DNA from: Waterburya sp.
GTDB lineage: Bacteria > Cyanobacteriota > Cyanobacteriia > Cyanobacteriales > Xenococcaceae
Length of the DNA: 64,000 bases
Direction: 5' to 3'
Assembly (NCBI GenBank): GCA_965217895.1
Contig: CBDCJV010000002.1
Coordinates: forward strand, 800,001-864,000
Shown here: piece after piece, positions 22,288 to 33,992 of the stretch
How positions within the stretch are numbered: position 1 is the stretch's first letter
How the letters are laid out: each line of letters begins with the position of its first letter
Translations under genes and position numbers: made by a program
Notes under the pieces: model-generated
Database searches by the model: none
What the model was told of the DNA's origin: nothing
Seen by the model: only the letters and a program-made list of their open reading frames with translations

Positions 22288-22358
22288 AGCGGATGAGGGG
22301 AATCGAACCCCTAGCTTTAGCTTGGAAGGCTAAGGTATTACCACTATACGACATCCGC
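22288..22358 (-). tRNA. tRNA-Gly(TCC)
   Basis: Minus strand gcggatg...catccgc acceptor stem, D-arm tagtggtaa, anticodon loop ctTCCaa, T-arm ggttcgattcc; CCA not encoded. Confidence 0.97.
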
Positions 22359-22542
22359 AGATAATAACCTTTTAGGCGCAATAATTATATTAACTATATT
22401 TCGTACTTTGGTCAACTGCTTTTGTGGAAAAATACGGTAATTCCAAATATTTCAAGAAGTAGCCAGGAGTCAATTGATGTCACCAGATGTATTCTGAAAG
22501 CAAAGACAAAGCCCAATACTTCTGGCTTAAACTTTGTTATTG

Positions 22543-22630
22543 AGTAGTAAGTAGTAGGTAGTAGGTAGTAGGTAGTAGGTAGTAGGTAGTAGGTAGTAGG
22601 TAGTAAGTAGTAGGTAGTGGATAGTGGGTA
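22543..22630. repeat. STRR-type heptamer tandem repeat (AGTAGGT)n, about 12 copies
   Basis: Directly visible tandem array. Confidence 0.95.
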
Positions 22631-22856
22631 ATTATTACCCAAACTAAGATTTACCGAGCGCAATTGTTAACCGAAAAGTATCAAGATAAAGCCCATATAG
22701 AAACGGAAACGCTCATCAAAAGAGTTCGGCAAAAACAATTAAGATATCGCTCTTGGTTTGGGACAAGAGAAATGGGGCGGAGGAAAAGTTTTATTTTTTA
22801 TTCCTTTCACCTTTACTCCGCCCTAATCCCTAATCTCTAATCCTTTATCCATCAAT

Positions 22857-23804
22857 TCACCCCTGCCACATTTTTTCAATTACTGTTTCGGGAGTGATAT
22901 CAGACAAATTAGCCGTTGACGATTGAACAGCAACACAGTTTTCGTTATGGGGTGGAAGTTCTTTGCTATCTTGAGTATTCAACAAAGCAATTGTATATGT
23001 ACCCGTAGCTACTGCTAGCTGCATCGAAGTGCTGTCATTACAGAGAATTAAGTTAGCACCAGCAATTATAGCTGCCATTTTACCCACATCGGGGGGCGCG
23101 ATCGCCTTAATATTGTTATTAGCTGACATGATGACGCTCACCCAATCTTGATTAGTATCTGTTTGTAACAGCACAATAGCTAAACCTGTATTTCTTTGTT
23201 CAATATCCTCAATAATTCGTTGCCAACTTTTAAGTGGATAGGCACTAATATCTGGTGTCTGAGATTGTTCGTCACTAAGCAAAATATAGCCACTATCTTT
23301 GATAGATAAACGCTGCTGTTCTAATTCTGCCCAGTCAATATCTTCTTTTGGTACATTGATAGTGACGGTCGGACAGGGAGCAGCAATTCCTAAGCCAGCA
23401 ACCAAATCATGATACATCTGGGCTTTGTATTGCTCTGGTTTGCGAGCAACAGAATTGGATAAATATATCGGAGAATCATCCTGAAAACCTACTCTAGTAG
23501 GTATACCATTAAGCCACAGCAGTAATTTAATCCGCCAAGTAGTTTTAAGGCTAATAACTGCATCATATTCGCGATCGCGCATAATCCCTAATAGATTGAG
23601 ATAATCAGCGAAGCTATTGCGGTCTTGAAAATCGAACACCAAAACCTCATCAACATTTTTGCAGACTCGGTAAGCTTTTTTAGAACTGGGTTCTACCAAA
23701 ACATCGATCTCCGCTTGGGGATACTGTTTTGCTAGAGTCTCTATGGTGGGGAAAAAGAGAAGTTGATTGTCGATGGAGCCAGGCACGAGGGCTAGTATAC
23801 GCAT
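22857..23804 (-). CDS. Glycosyltransferase family 9 (heptosyltransferase-like)
   Basis: MRILALVPGSIDNQLLFFPT...NDSTSMQLAVA; start placed at MRILAL. Confidence 0.85.
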   Translation of the reverse strand: MRILALVPGSIDNQLLFFPTIETLAKQYPQAEIDVLVEPSSKKAYRVCKNVDEVLVFDFQDRNSFADYLNLLGIMRDREYDAVISLKTTWRIKLLLWLNGIPTRVGFQDDSPIYLSNSVARKPEQYKAQMYHDLVAGLGIAAPCPTVTINVPKEDIDWAELEQQRLSIKDSGYILLSDEQSQTPDISAYPLKSWQRIIEDIEQRNTGLAIVLLQTDTNQDWVSVIMSANNNIKAIAPPDVGKMAAIIAGANLILCNDSTSMQLAVATGTYTIALLNTQDSKELPPHNENCVAVQSSTANLSDITPETVIEKMWQG

Positions 23805-23898
23805 TCTTATGAAGAAGATATAGTCCTTAATTTTATCTGTGGTCAATTTTAGTAGATGATAGAGCTAAACAGTTGTATCTTTAGGAAAACATCATTAA

Positions 23899-24588
23899 AT
23901 GCACTTATTGATTCCTGCTGCGGGGATGGGTCGGCGAATGGGTAGCGATCGCAATAAGCTTCTCATGGAATTACTCGGAAAACCTTTACTAGCATGGACT
24001 CTACTCGCAGCAGAAAATTCTTTGAGCCTTGAATGGATTGGCATTATTGGACAACCTACAGATTTTGCCGATTTTAAAGATATTCTCAGTCAATTAAATC
24101 TATCGAAATCAGTAGAGTTAATTGTTGGTGGCGATACTCGTCAAGAATCGGTTTACAATGGCTTACAGGCTTTGCCAAAAAGTGCTGAGAGGGTTTTGAT
24201 CCATGATGGGGCGAGATGTTTGGCAACTCCTGAATTATTTGACCGCTGTACTGCTGCTTTTAATAATTGTCAGGGTTTTATCGCAGCCGTATCAGTGAAA
24301 GACACAATCAAAGTAGTCAATAAACAAGGAATTATTATTGATACTCCAGATCGCAGTAACCTCTGGGCAGCCCAAACTCCTCAAGGGTTTGAGGTGGAGA
24401 TTTTAAAGCGTTGTCACTTTAAAGGAAAAAAATTAGGTTGGTCAGTTACCGATGATGCTGCACTGTTTGAAAGATGCGAGATGCCCGTCAAAATTGTGGA
24501 GGGAGAAGAAACTAATTTAAAAGTGACTACTCCTGTGGATTTGGCGATCGCCGAATTTATCTTACGGCAAAGACTAAAATTATCATAA
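23899..24588 (+). CDS. ispD: 2-C-methyl-D-erythritol 4-phosphate cytidylyltransferase
   Basis: Motifs PAAGMGRRMG, HDGAR, QTPQGF, TDDA and NLKVTTPVDL. Confidence 0.97.
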   Translation: MHLLIPAAGMGRRMGSDRNKLLMELLGKPLLAWTLLAAENSLSLEWIGIIGQPTDFADFKDILSQLNLSKSVELIVGGDTRQESVYNGLQALPKSAERVLIHDGARCLATPELFDRCTAAFNNCQGFIAAVSVKDTIKVVNKQGIIIDTPDRSNLWAAQTPQGFEVEILKRCHFKGKKLGWSVTDDAALFERCEMPVKIVEGEETNLKVTTPVDLAIAEFILRQRLKLS

Positions 24589-24642
24589 GGCATAGAAAAA
24601 TTGCGATCGCTTATTAATCAAGACAAAAAACCTATTAGAAAA

Positions 24643-25065
24643 ATGACTGCTCTCTACGACCGTGATTTTAATCTTTGGATACAAAAAACTGTATCAGACC
24701 TAAAAAATAAAGACATGAATCGAATTGACTGGAGTAACCTAATAGATGAAATAGAGGGAATGGGTAAAAGCGAGCGTCGAGCTTTGCAAAGTTATTTAGA
24801 AAGGCTGCTAGAATACCTTCTTAAATTAAAGTATTGGGATGCAGAACGAGATCGTTGCGAAAAAGGATGGAAAATAGAAATAATTGAGTTTAGATCGCGA
24901 ATCGAAAGAATTTTATCTGATAGTCCCAGTTTAAAAAATTATTTAGCCGAAATTTATCCCCAAGCTCATAAGCTAGCTGTTGCCAAAATGTCAATTGTTT
25001 TTGATTTACCTGACAATGCTGTTATTTCAAAATCATTTGCTTTAGCTGAAACATTTACAGACTAG
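24643..25065 (+). CDS. DUF29-family protein
   Basis: LYDRDFNLW...DWSNLIDEIEGMGKSERR...SPSLKNYL. Confidence 0.9.
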   Translation: MTALYDRDFNLWIQKTVSDLKNKDMNRIDWSNLIDEIEGMGKSERRALQSYLERLLEYLLKLKYWDAERDRCEKGWKIEIIEFRSRIERILSDSPSLKNYLAEIYPQAHKLAVAKMSIVFDLPDNAVISKSFALAETFTD

Positions 25066-25285
25066 TTATCAGTTTCGTATTTTAACTGTCAACTTTGTTG
25101 ATAAATTCTCAATGTCTATAGTTTTTATCTATAAGCTGAATTGGTAAATTTACTCGCCATCAGAGCAAATATTTCGGTATCTTACGTTTAGGTGATTTTT
25201 TAATAAAAACCATTTGGATTCAAGTTTAATTCCCCTCGACGATAAATATTCAATGCTTAATGTTCAATTAAATAAGGAGATGTAG

Positions 25286-26974
25286 ATGTCTGACAATCGC
25301 CGAAGCCAAGAAGTAACCCAGGGAAACCAAAGATCACCTAACCGCGCTATGTTGCGCGCGGTAGGTTTTGGAGATAATGATTTTACTAAGCCCATTGTCG
25401 GTTTAGCTAACGGCTATAGCACTATCACTCCCTGCAATATGGGAATCAATACCCTCGCGCTACGGGCAGAAACCGCCCTCAAAGAGGCTGGGGCAATGCC
25501 GCAGATGTTTGGCACAATTACTATCAGTGACGGTATCTCTATGGGTACAGAAGGAATGAAGTATTCCTTAGTCTCCCGCGATGTAATTGCTGACTCGATT
25601 GAAACTGTCTGTAATGGACAGAGTATGGATGCTGTGCTAGCGATTGGCGGTTGTGATAAAAATATGCCTGGGGCAATGCTGGCGATCGCTCGCCTAAATA
25701 TTCCTGCTATCTTTGTTTACGGTGGCACTATTAAGCCAGGTAAACATAACGGCGAAGATTTGACCGTAGTTAGTGTTTTTGAAGCAGTAGGAAAATTTAG
25801 CGCGGGCAAAATTGATCGGGCTGAATTGGATGCCATTGAACACAAAGCCTGCCCTGGTGCGGGATCTTGCGGGGGAATGTTTACCGCCAATACTATGTCC
25901 TCGGCGTTTGAGGCGATGGGCATGAGCTTACCCTATTCTTCGACGATGGCAGCAGAAGACGAGGAGAAAGCCGAGAGTACTGAAAAATCAGCTTTTGCTC
26001 TGGTTGAAGCGGTCAAAAATCAAATTTTACCCAGCCATATTTTGACTCGTAAAGCTTTTGAGAATGCGATTACGGTAATTATGGCAATAGGAGGCTCAAC
26101 TAATTCTGTCTTGCATTTACTGGCGATCGCCAATACGATGGGAGTCGAGCTTACTATAGACGATTTTGAAACTATTCGTCAGCGAGTCCCCGTAATTTGT
26201 AATCTTAAGCCATCAGGGAAATACGTTGCCGTAGATCTGCATAAGGTGGGTGGCATTCCTCAAGTTATGAAAATGCTTTTGGCTCATGATTTGCTCCATG
26301 GTGATGCTTTAACGGTTACAGGTAAAACTATTGCCGAACTCTTGGCTGATATCCCCGAAAACCCTCCCGCAGATCAAGATGTAATTCAACCATGGGATAA
26401 TCCTGTCTATCCCCAAGGGCATCTGGCAATACTCAAGGGCAACTTAGCTAGTGAAGGTTCAGTTGCTAAAATCAGCGGCGTAAAAAATCCTGTTATTACT
26501 GGTCCTGCTAGAGTGTTTGAATCAGAAGAAGAATGTTTGTCCGCAATTCTAGACGGTAAAATCAAGGCTGGAGATATCATCGTCGTCCGTTACGAAGGTC
26601 CTCAAGGTGGTCCAGGAATGCGAGAAATGCTTGCTCCCACTTCGGCAATCATTGGTGCGGGCTTAGGAGACTCTGTAGGACTAATTACCGATGGTCGTTT
26701 CTCTGGTGGCACTTACGGCATGGTCGTCGGTCACGTTGCCCCTGAAGCTGCCGTCGGCGGAACAATTGCTTTAGTCAACGAAGGAGATAGCATTACCATT
26801 GATGCTCGTCAAAAGTTATTGCAGCTAAATGTTAATGATGCAGAATTAGCCAAACGTCATAGCCAATGGCAGCCACATCAACCTAAATACACTAGGGGAG
26901 TTTTGGGTAAATATGCCAAACTGGTTTCGACTAGCAGTCTTGGTGCAGTTACAGATCTAAATTTGCATAATTAA
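25286..26974 (+). CDS. ilvD: Dihydroxy-acid dehydratase
   Basis: Motifs [24 protein letters not shown] and TDGRFSGG. Confidence 0.98.
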   Translation: MSDNRRSQEVTQGNQRSPNRAMLRAVGFGDNDFTKPIVGLANGYSTITPCNMGINTLALRAETALKEAGAMPQMFGTITISDGISMGTEGMKYSLVSRDVIADSIETVCNGQSMDAVLAIGGCDKNMPGAMLAIARLNIPAIFVYGGTIKPGKHNGEDLTVVSVFEAVGKFSAGKIDRAELDAIEHKACPGAGSCGGMFTANTMSSAFEAMGMSLPYSSTMAAEDEEKAESTEKSAFALVEAVKNQILPSHILTRKAFENAITVIMAIGGSTNSVLHLLAIANTMGVELTIDDFETIRQRVPVICNLKPSGKYVAVDLHKVGGIPQVMKMLLAHDLLHGDALTVTGKTIAELLADIPENPPADQDVIQPWDNPVYPQGHLAILKGNLASEGSVAKISGVKNPVITGPARVFESEEECLSAILDGKIKAGDIIVVRYEGPQGGPGMREMLAPTSAIIGAGLGDSVGLITDGRFSGGTYGMVVGHVAPEAAVGGTIALVNEGDSITIDARQKLLQLNVNDAELAKRHSQWQPHQPKYTRGVLGKYAKLVSTSSLGAVTDLNLHN

Positions 26975-27014
26975 ACGGCGTTATTGCCTGATTTGAATCT
27001 CGCGTATTTTTTAT

Positions 27015-27470
27015 TCAGGCAACGTTACTCTTAGTCATTACCTGATTAGATAAATTATGCAAGCAAGCTTTAGCTTCTTCTAAATCATAGGAAAAAGGTT
27101 TGGGTAATGGCTGATAATCTCTCGCGCTTGGTTCACCATTTCGCAAAACAGCATTAACTAGTAAGCAATCTTGATTTTCAAAATTAATTGCACCGTGTAA
27201 AATTCCTCTGGGAATTATTGCCACCTGTGGCACATCTTCGCTCAGGGGAATATATTGATATTGCTTGTTATATAAAACTACTAGTACAAAACTTCCTCTA
27301 ACTACTAGTAGCTGGTCAGTTTGTTTTTTGTGAACAAAAAGGTCATCAATAACATTAGCTGGTACTTTAACAACAATAGTTTCATTACTAGATTGAGGCG
27401 TATAAAATTCCGCCATTCCTCCTTGAATAGATTCAATTGGTTGAATGGTTACACCTTGAATTAATCCCAT
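27015..27470 (-). CDS. RmlC-like cupin protein
   Basis: Cupin motifs LFVHKKQTDQL and IPRGILHGAIN. Confidence 0.75.
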   Translation of the reverse strand: MGLIQGVTIQPIESIQGGMAEFYTPQSSNETIVVKVPANVIDDLFVHKKQTDQLLVVRGSFVLVVLYNKQYQYIPLSEDVPQVAIIPRGILHGAINFENQDCLLVNAVLRNGEPSARDYQPLPKPFSYDLEEAKACLHNLSNQVMTKSNVA

Positions 27471-27729
27471 AATTTTAGTTAGTTATCAAAAGTCTATAGA
27501 TTAAATTTTATTCTTTCCTTTCTGTAGACTAAGGTTATGAATATTAATTTCATTATGGCAAAAAAATGTTGACAATTTACTATAGTTAGTATCTATATAC
27601 ACAAAATATAAGTTTGTTTGAAATTATTTTTGAAAATAGTAGCAAGATTTACACTTTATTAGATGTATTTCCATCTTCAATGTTTTCAAATATATTTAAT
27701 CTACTTTATTTTGTATTTGCTATTCTTAA

Positions 27730-29274
27730 TTAATCTTGTTCATAATCTCCACCTGAACCATATTTCCAAGTATCTAACCAACGATGATAGTAATATTGCT
27801 GGGTTGGAGATAGGTTTTGGGCTATTGGTTGAGCAAATTTTGCAGCATTAAATAAACCACTGTATATTGCCAAATTAAAATAGTGAACAATCCAGTTAAC
27901 AAAAGAACTAACGCCAATTTGAGGTAATAAAGGAAATACTAGTTTTGGGTTAACTAATGGCAAAGTTTTAGCCAGAGGAGCAAACTGGATTACATCCTGC
28001 AAAAATGGTTTGAGGACATCATCTCCCAAACGATCCATTACTGCAAAAACACCATTCATTAAGTTGTTGATCTGTTGCGGATTTACTTCTTTGCCTACCT
28101 CGACGCTCATAGTTTGCTGAAATAACCAGGTGACAGAAATATTAGGTTGATATGGTTGCAACAAAGCTAAATCTTTACCGCTCAGTTTATCTACGGTTAA
28201 AGCCTCGTCAACGCCTTCAGTTAGACGTTTTAAATGGCGAATCATTGCCCCAAAGCCACCAAAGCTGACGGGAGATTGACCCCCTGCACTGTCACCTACA
28301 GGTAAAATGCGATCGCATTTTAATTCGATCGGACTATTTTTATAAGCAGGAAAAAAGCCAAACAAGAATCGCTGAAATTCTAGCTGTTCTAGCTCAATGT
28401 TTTGATACTCTGGCAAAAGCCTGAGATATTCGTCCATAAAGTATTCTAAGCTAGGTCTTTGGGGGTTAGCATCAAGATAGCTGAACATATAGGTAGTGCG
28501 ACCATCTTGGGCAGGAAAAGCCTCCCAAAAATACTGACAGTGGTTGATAATTGGCGTAAAAGAATAAATCAAATCTCCCGTATTGTTTCCAGGAAAGCCT
28601 TGAGCGCAGCTACCAACCACAACGCAAACCGCTTCGGGTTTTGTTCCTTTTCTTGCCTGTTTAATAATCGGTGAAAAATGACCCATGGCATCGACTAATA
28701 GGCGAGCTTTAATCGTTTTATCTCCTGCTTCAATTGCTATTCCATCAGGATGAACTGTCGCTGATTTGAAGGCTGTATTTTCAAGCAGTTTGCCTCCAGC
28801 TTGAAGAAATTTTTGCTTGAGTTTTTCTAATAGATAAACAGGATAAACACCAACATTTAAGACATTTTCTACCCAAACTTCTTGTTCCTTTTGAAAGCTA
28901 ACTCTGGCGGGATTGTATTCTGTAGCGATCGCTTTTTCTAACTCTTCTTCAGTCAAAAGCTTTAAGTCAATCAAGGTTTTTAACTCATTACGAGAAATAT
29001 TCCACTCTTGCTCTCTGCCTTTTAAAATTCCTCTTTCAATCAAGCTAACCTGCCATCCTAGTTGCTGTAATGCTGCACCCAGCAAGATGCCTAATGTTCC
29101 ACCACAGATAACAATATCTGTATCTAATTTTCCAACTTTCTCTGAACTATTAGTAACAACTTCGGTTGCGTCAATCTCTCCATTACGCAAGGCTGACCAA
29201 AATTTATCTGCTTGTCGCAATCTGGCTAGTACATTGTCTGATTGTTGAGCGAGTATGGTTTCGGTTAAGGTCAT
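27730..29274 (-). CDS. cruP: FAD-dependent oxidoreductase, CruA/CruP lycopene cyclase-like family
   Basis: Motifs [25 protein letters not shown] and [10 protein letters not shown]. Confidence 0.75.
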   Translation of the reverse strand: MTLTETILAQQSDNVLARLRQADKFWSALRNGEIDATEVVTNSSEKVGKLDTDIVICGGTLGILLGAALQQLGWQVSLIERGILKGREQEWNISRNELKTLIDLKLLTEEELEKAIATEYNPARVSFQKEQEVWVENVLNVGVYPVYLLEKLKQKFLQAGGKLLENTAFKSATVHPDGIAIEAGDKTIKARLLVDAMGHFSPIIKQARKGTKPEAVCVVVGSCAQGFPGNNTGDLIYSFTPIINHCQYFWEAFPAQDGRTTYMFSYLDANPQRPSLEYFMDEYLRLLPEYQNIELEQLEFQRFLFGFFPAYKNSPIELKCDRILPVGDSAGGQSPVSFGGFGAMIRHLKRLTEGVDEALTVDKLSGKDLALLQPYQPNISVTWLFQQTMSVEVGKEVNPQQINNLMNGVFAVMDRLGDDVLKPFLQDVIQFAPLAKTLPLVNPKLVFPLLPQIGVSSFVNWIVHYFNLAIYSGLFNAAKFAQPIAQNLSPTQQYYYHRWLDTWKYGSGGDYEQD

Positions 29275-29378
29275 TTGGAACAGTTAGAGCAGTTGGGACA
29301 GTTAGGGCTACAATCTATTATGGTGTAACCTTAAGTATTTTGTTGCATCGCTTAAAGTTATTAGAACAAATAAGAATT

Positions 29379-29759
29379 ATGGCTAATAGTCGTCGCGTAG
29401 CTCGCGTAGCTGCTTTAATTAAGCGGGAAGTCAGTCAGATGCTACTCAGCGAAATCAAAGACGATCGCGTTGGCGCAGGCATGGTAAGCGTTACTGACGT
29501 TGATGTTTCGGGTGATTTGCAACACGCTAAAATTTTTGTCAGCATTTATGGCACAGAAGAAGCTAAAGAAGAAACAATGGCTGGTTTAGAATCGGCGGTT
29601 CATTATGTCCGTAGAGAATTGGGTAGTCGAATGCAGTTAAGACGCGCGCCTACAGTCAAATTTCTCGAAGATCGCTCTCTCGAAAGAGGAGACAGTATGG
29701 TACATCTGCTTAATAAAATTAGTCAAGAGCGACAAGAAAACCCAGAGACAGTAGAGTAA
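29379..29759 (+). CDS. rbfA: Ribosome-binding factor A
   Basis: [19 protein letters not shown]...[13 protein letters not shown]; the likely start is internal to the ORF-track call. Confidence 0.95.
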   Translation: MANSRRVARVAALIKREVSQMLLSEIKDDRVGAGMVSVTDVDVSGDLQHAKIFVSIYGTEEAKEETMAGLESAVHYVRRELGSRMQLRRAPTVKFLEDRSLERGDSMVHLLNKISQERQENPETVE

Positions 29760-29802
29760 ATGTTCAATATTTAAATGCTCATTGATAAATGATAAATGTT
29801 CA

Positions 29803-31386
29803 ATGAAAAAAGATTTATCTCTCAAAGAGCAAATTGCTCAAATGATCGTTGTCCGTGCTTCTGGTTATTTATTTGACCATCAGATTCGCTATCCTGCTTG
29901 GGAAGCTACTAATGCTCAGTTACAACAGTGGCTAGGAGAATTTAACTTAGGTGGAGTTATTCTTTTGGGAGGTAGCAGCGTTGAACTGCAAAAGCGATCG
30001 CAACAGCTACAGGATTGGGCAAATATTCCCTTATTAATCGCAGCAGATATTGAAGAAGGTATCGGACAGCGTTTTCCTGGAGGTACTTGGTTTCCACCGC
30101 CTATGGCCTTGAGCGCAATCTATGAGCAAGATCTTTTGCAAGCGCAGCATTATGCTACTCAGATGGGAAAAGTTACGGCGCAAGAGGCTTTAGCCGTGGG
30201 TATAAATTGGCTACTTGCACCTGTCGTAGATGTAAATAATAATCCTGATAACCCTGTAATTAATATTCGGGCTTTTGGCGATCTCCCTGAAGTAGTAAGT
30301 GCCTTAACTGCTGCTTTTATCAAAGGGGCAAAAACCACTTCTATTTTAACCACTGCCAAGCATTTTCCAGGACACGGAGACACCGCCACAGATTCTCATT
30401 TAGACTTACCTTCTTTAGCTCATTCCGAAAAGAGGCTAGAAACTGTTGAGTTGCCACCGTTTCAAAGTGCGATCGCAGCAGGAGTTGATAGCGTGATGAC
30501 GGCGCATCTTTTGATTCCAGCTTGGGACAAGCAAAAGCCTGTTACGCTTTCATCTGAAATTATCACCGAAAAATTAAGAAACCAGTTAGGTTTTAATGGT
30601 TTAGTAGTTACGGATGCTCTAATTATGGGAGGAATAACTAAGTATGCGTCTCCCGCAGAAGTTGCTGTCATGGCAGTTGAAGCAGGAAATGATATTTTAT
30701 TAATGCCCGATAATCCTGAAGTGGCGATCGCCTCGATCTACGATGCAGTTAAATCAGGACGCATTAATGAACAAAAAATTAATCAGTCTTGGGCGCGTAT
30801 TTGGCAAGCTAAACAAAAGGTAATTCAATCTAAGACTGAAGCTTTAGAGTTGTCTAATAATGCAGCTAGGACAATAGTAACTTCGATTCTACGAGACTCT
30901 TTGCAAGCTAGAGGAAATATTCCGCTGAGAATTGAAGATAAGCAAATTCACCGCAACCTGATTGTGGTTGATGATGTATTAAATGCCCCATTCTTAGATA
31001 TTCATACTCCTGCTATTGCTATTCCTCAGCAGCTTAACTGTCAAAGACAAATAGTAGACCACGGTACTTTAAACTGCATCTTGTCAGATTGGCGACCTAC
31101 TCTTTTACAAGTATTTATTCGGGGTAATCCTTTTCGGGGTAATGCTGGTTTAACCGCCAATGCCAAACAAATTTATCGGCAACTAATAAATAACGGACAA
31201 GCAAAAGGAATTATTATTTATGGCAGTCCCTACGTATTTGATTGGTTCAATTTAATTAATTCAAATCTGCCCATAGTATTCAGTTATGGACAAATGGAAC
31301 AAGCTCAGGCGATCGCTTTAAAAACTTTATATGGTCTTGATTCTAAAGTTTTACCACCTAAGTTGCAAAAAAACTTTGGATTTTGA
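29803..31386 (+). CDS. Glycoside hydrolase family 3 (beta-N-acetylhexosaminidase-like)
   Basis: Motifs ADIEEG, KHFPGHGDT..DSH and VTDALIMG. Confidence 0.92.
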   Translation: MKKDLSLKEQIAQMIVVRASGYLFDHQIRYPAWEATNAQLQQWLGEFNLGGVILLGGSSVELQKRSQQLQDWANIPLLIAADIEEGIGQRFPGGTWFPPPMALSAIYEQDLLQAQHYATQMGKVTAQEALAVGINWLLAPVVDVNNNPDNPVINIRAFGDLPEVVSALTAAFIKGAKTTSILTTAKHFPGHGDTATDSHLDLPSLAHSEKRLETVELPPFQSAIAAGVDSVMTAHLLIPAWDKQKPVTLSSEIITEKLRNQLGFNGLVVTDALIMGGITKYASPAEVAVMAVEAGNDILLMPDNPEVAIASIYDAVKSGRINEQKINQSWARIWQAKQKVIQSKTEALELSNNAARTIVTSILRDSLQARGNIPLRIEDKQIHRNLIVVDDVLNAPFLDIHTPAIAIPQQLNCQRQIVDHGTLNCILSDWRPTLLQVFIRGNPFRGNAGLTANAKQIYRQLINNGQAKGIIIYGSPYVFDWFNLINSNLPIVFSYGQMEQAQAIALKTLYGLDSKVLPPKLQKNFGF

Positions 31387-31568
31387 TTTTTTAAAATCTA
31401 GAATTAATCTTAAATCTTAAAAAAATCCTAGGAATTCTTAAGATTTAAAAGAATTTTGTTATTTTGGATACAGCGAACAAATTAATTTTCTTTCAATTTC
31501 CAACGGTTTTGGTTTATAGTTAAAGGTAAGACTTTAAATTAATTCATAAATTATTTCGGAGAAGAATC

Positions 31569-31811
31569 ATGTATACTACTACTGCATCCCCCTCTTTTTC
31601 TATTAGATATTCGATCGAAACTTTAAAAGATGAAGCGCGTCAGTTAATTGAAACAGGTATAGTAAATCGTCAGCAATCTATCTACACTCTCTGCAAATAC
31701 ATTCCTGCCCGCGAATGGGGAAAATTAGAATGTGAATTAGAAAGATATGACTATTTATTGCGTGATTCTATTGGTGATTTGGTTTCCTATGACAATTGGG
31801 AAAGCGACTAG
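31569..31811 (+). CDS. DUF4327-family small cyanobacterial protein
   Basis: LKDEARQL...RQQSIYTLCKYIPAREW..ECELE..DYLLRD. Confidence 0.85.
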   Translation: MYTTTASPSFSIRYSIETLKDEARQLIETGIVNRQQSIYTLCKYIPAREWGKLECELERYDYLLRDSIGDLVSYDNWESD

Positions 31812-31948
31812 TACCGCTACGCCGAAGTAATAGGTAATAAAAGATTTAAATATTGCTCAGGGCAAATTGTCAGTTGTTGTTGAGAAAATGTAGATTTGTG
31901 ACCGACGGTAGTTAAAATAATTTAGTTGTCTAATTCTGTTTTTCTACT

Positions 31949-33340
31949 GTGAGCAAGCAAAAGACCTGGAGCGATCGCTTTGAATCGGCACTAAATCCTG
32001 CGATCGCTATTTTTAATGCCAGCATCGGCTTTGATATTGAATTGATTGAGTACGATTTAACTGGCTCAATTGCTCATGCTAAAATGCTAGGTAAAACTCA
32101 AATAATTGCTGATAGTGAAGCAGAACAATTAGTTGCTGGCTTAGAACAGATTCGTACTGAATACCAGCAGGGAAACTTCAATCCAGGGGTAGAAGCAGAA
32201 GATGTCCATTTTGCTGTAGAAAGACGACTAACAGAGATTGTTGGCGATGTGGGTAAAAAGCTGCATACGGCGCGATCGCGCAACGATCAGGTAGGTACAG
32301 ATATCAGACTGTATTTGCGAGCCGAAATCAGAGAGATACAGCAATATTTAAGGCAATTTCAGGCAGCCTTGCTAGCTCATAGCGAGCAGCACATAGAAAC
32401 TTTAATTCCAGGCTATACCCATTTACAAAGAGCGCAGCCAATTAGTTTAGCGCATCACCTCCTGGCATATTTTCAGATGATCCAACGAGACTGGGAAAGA
32501 ATGGAAGATATTTATAAACGAACTAATATATCTCCTCTTGGCTGTGGTGCATTGGCAGGAACAACTTTTCCTATCGATCGCTCATATACCGCCCAATTAC
32601 TAGGATTTGATAAAATCTACGAGAATAGTCTTGATGGAGTGAGCGATCGCGATTTTGCGATCGAGTTTCTCTGCGGGGCTAGTTTAATTATGGTGCATTT
32701 AAGTCGTTTAAGTGAAGAGATGGTTCTTTGGGCATCTCAAGAATTTAGCTTTATCACTCTCAAAGATACTTGTGCAACAGGATCGAGCATCATGCCTCAA
32801 AAGAAAAATCCTGATATACCTGAGCTTGTACGGGGCAAAACAGGCAGAGTTTTTGGACATCTCCAGGCAATGTTGGTAATTATGAAAGGCTTACCTTTGG
32901 CTTACAATAAAGATTTACAAGAAGACAAAGAAGGAATTTTTGACGGGGTTAAAACCATCAAGGGTTGTTTAGAAGCAATGACTATTTTGTTAGCAGAGGG
33001 AATCGAATTTAAAACAGCCAGACTAGCAGAAGCCGTCGCTGAGGATTTTTCTAACGCCACCGATGTTGCCGATTATTTAGCATCTAAGGACGTTCCCTTT
33101 CGTGAAGCTTATAATTTGGTAGGGAAGGTGGTAAAAACCAGCCTAGCTGCTGGAAAACTACTAAAAGATCTAACATTAGAAGAATGGCAACAACTGCACC
33201 CTGCTTTTGAAGCCGATATCTATGAGGCGATCGCTCCTAAACAGGTAGTTTCTGCCCGTAATAGCTATGGTGGTACTGGTTTTGAGCAGGTACATCAGGC
33301 GATCGTTAGAGCTAAGTCTTTACTAGAAATCAAGGCTTAA
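31949..33340 (+). CDS. argH: Argininosuccinate lyase
   Basis: Motifs [19 protein letters not shown] and [12 protein letters not shown]. Confidence 0.98.
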   Translation: MSKQKTWSDRFESALNPAIAIFNASIGFDIELIEYDLTGSIAHAKMLGKTQIIADSEAEQLVAGLEQIRTEYQQGNFNPGVEAEDVHFAVERRLTEIVGDVGKKLHTARSRNDQVGTDIRLYLRAEIREIQQYLRQFQAALLAHSEQHIETLIPGYTHLQRAQPISLAHHLLAYFQMIQRDWERMEDIYKRTNISPLGCGALAGTTFPIDRSYTAQLLGFDKIYENSLDGVSDRDFAIEFLCGASLIMVHLSRLSEEMVLWASQEFSFITLKDTCATGSSIMPQKKNPDIPELVRGKTGRVFGHLQAMLVIMKGLPLAYNKDLQEDKEGIFDGVKTIKGCLEAMTILLAEGIEFKTARLAEAVAEDFSNATDVADYLASKDVPFREAYNLVGKVVKTSLAAGKLLKDLTLEEWQQLHPAFEADIYEAIAPKQVVSARNSYGGTGFEQVHQAIVRAKSLLEIKA

Positions 33341-33402
33341 AACTTGAATTTCGGCATTTAACCACTTAAATCTGACAATTAATCCTATTTGATATTTTTT
33401 TT

Positions 33403-33864
33403 ATGGGTCGTTTTTGGCGATTTTTTTCAACTGTACTTGGTATTATCTTCCGCCATCCCGTTACAGGCACAACCATTATCCCCGTGTTGCCCGATGGTCG
33501 TATTGTCTTAATTCGGCGTAGTGATACTGGGCAGTGGGGATTGCCTGGAGGCATGATTGACTGGGGAGAAGATATTCCTCATGCTGCTAGGCGAGAATTA
33601 AGGGAAGAAACAGGTTTGAAATTAACCAAAATCAAAAGTTTACGAGGTGTTTACTCAGACCCTCAGCGAGATCCCCGCTTACACTCAATTTCTATTTTAT
33701 TAGAAGTAGAAGCAGAGGCGGTCGGTGAGCTTATCCCAGAGGATAAACTAGAAGTGTTGCAGGTCAAAGCATTTACTAAAGATGAATTGCCTTTGGGTAA
33801 TCTCAGTCACGATCACGATCGACAGTTAAAAGACTACTTTAAAGGTGCTGTGGCGATCGCCTAA
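33403..33864 (+). CDS. NUDIX hydrolase
   Basis: Nudix box LPGGMIDWGE....AARRELREETG. Confidence 0.93.
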   Translation: MGRFWRFFSTVLGIIFRHPVTGTTIIPVLPDGRIVLIRRSDTGQWGLPGGMIDWGEDIPHAARRELREETGLKLTKIKSLRGVYSDPQRDPRLHSISILLEVEAEAVGELIPEDKLEVLQVKAFTKDELPLGNLSHDHDRQLKDYFKGAVAIA

Positions 33865-33992
33865 TTCTGTTTAAAAGATTTTATTTCGTGGCGATCGAAA
33901 AACCATTTCTTGCTAGGAAGTCTCGCTACGTTGTGGCTGAAGCTAAGGAAAAGGATTTAGTTGCTAAATAATAGAGCAATTAAAACAATCTT

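Noticed and set aside
22543..22630. CRISPR array
   Set aside because: Contiguous 7-mers with no spacers, and no cas genes in the window. The same applies to the coding repeat at 59390-59492.
22412..22663. 83-aa ORF with TTYYLLP repeats
   Set aside because: It is a translation of the heptamer tandem repeat, with no other coding signal.
29166..29378. N-terminal extension of rbfA
   Set aside because: It overlaps the divergent gene and a 9-mer repeat; the conserved start is MANSRR.
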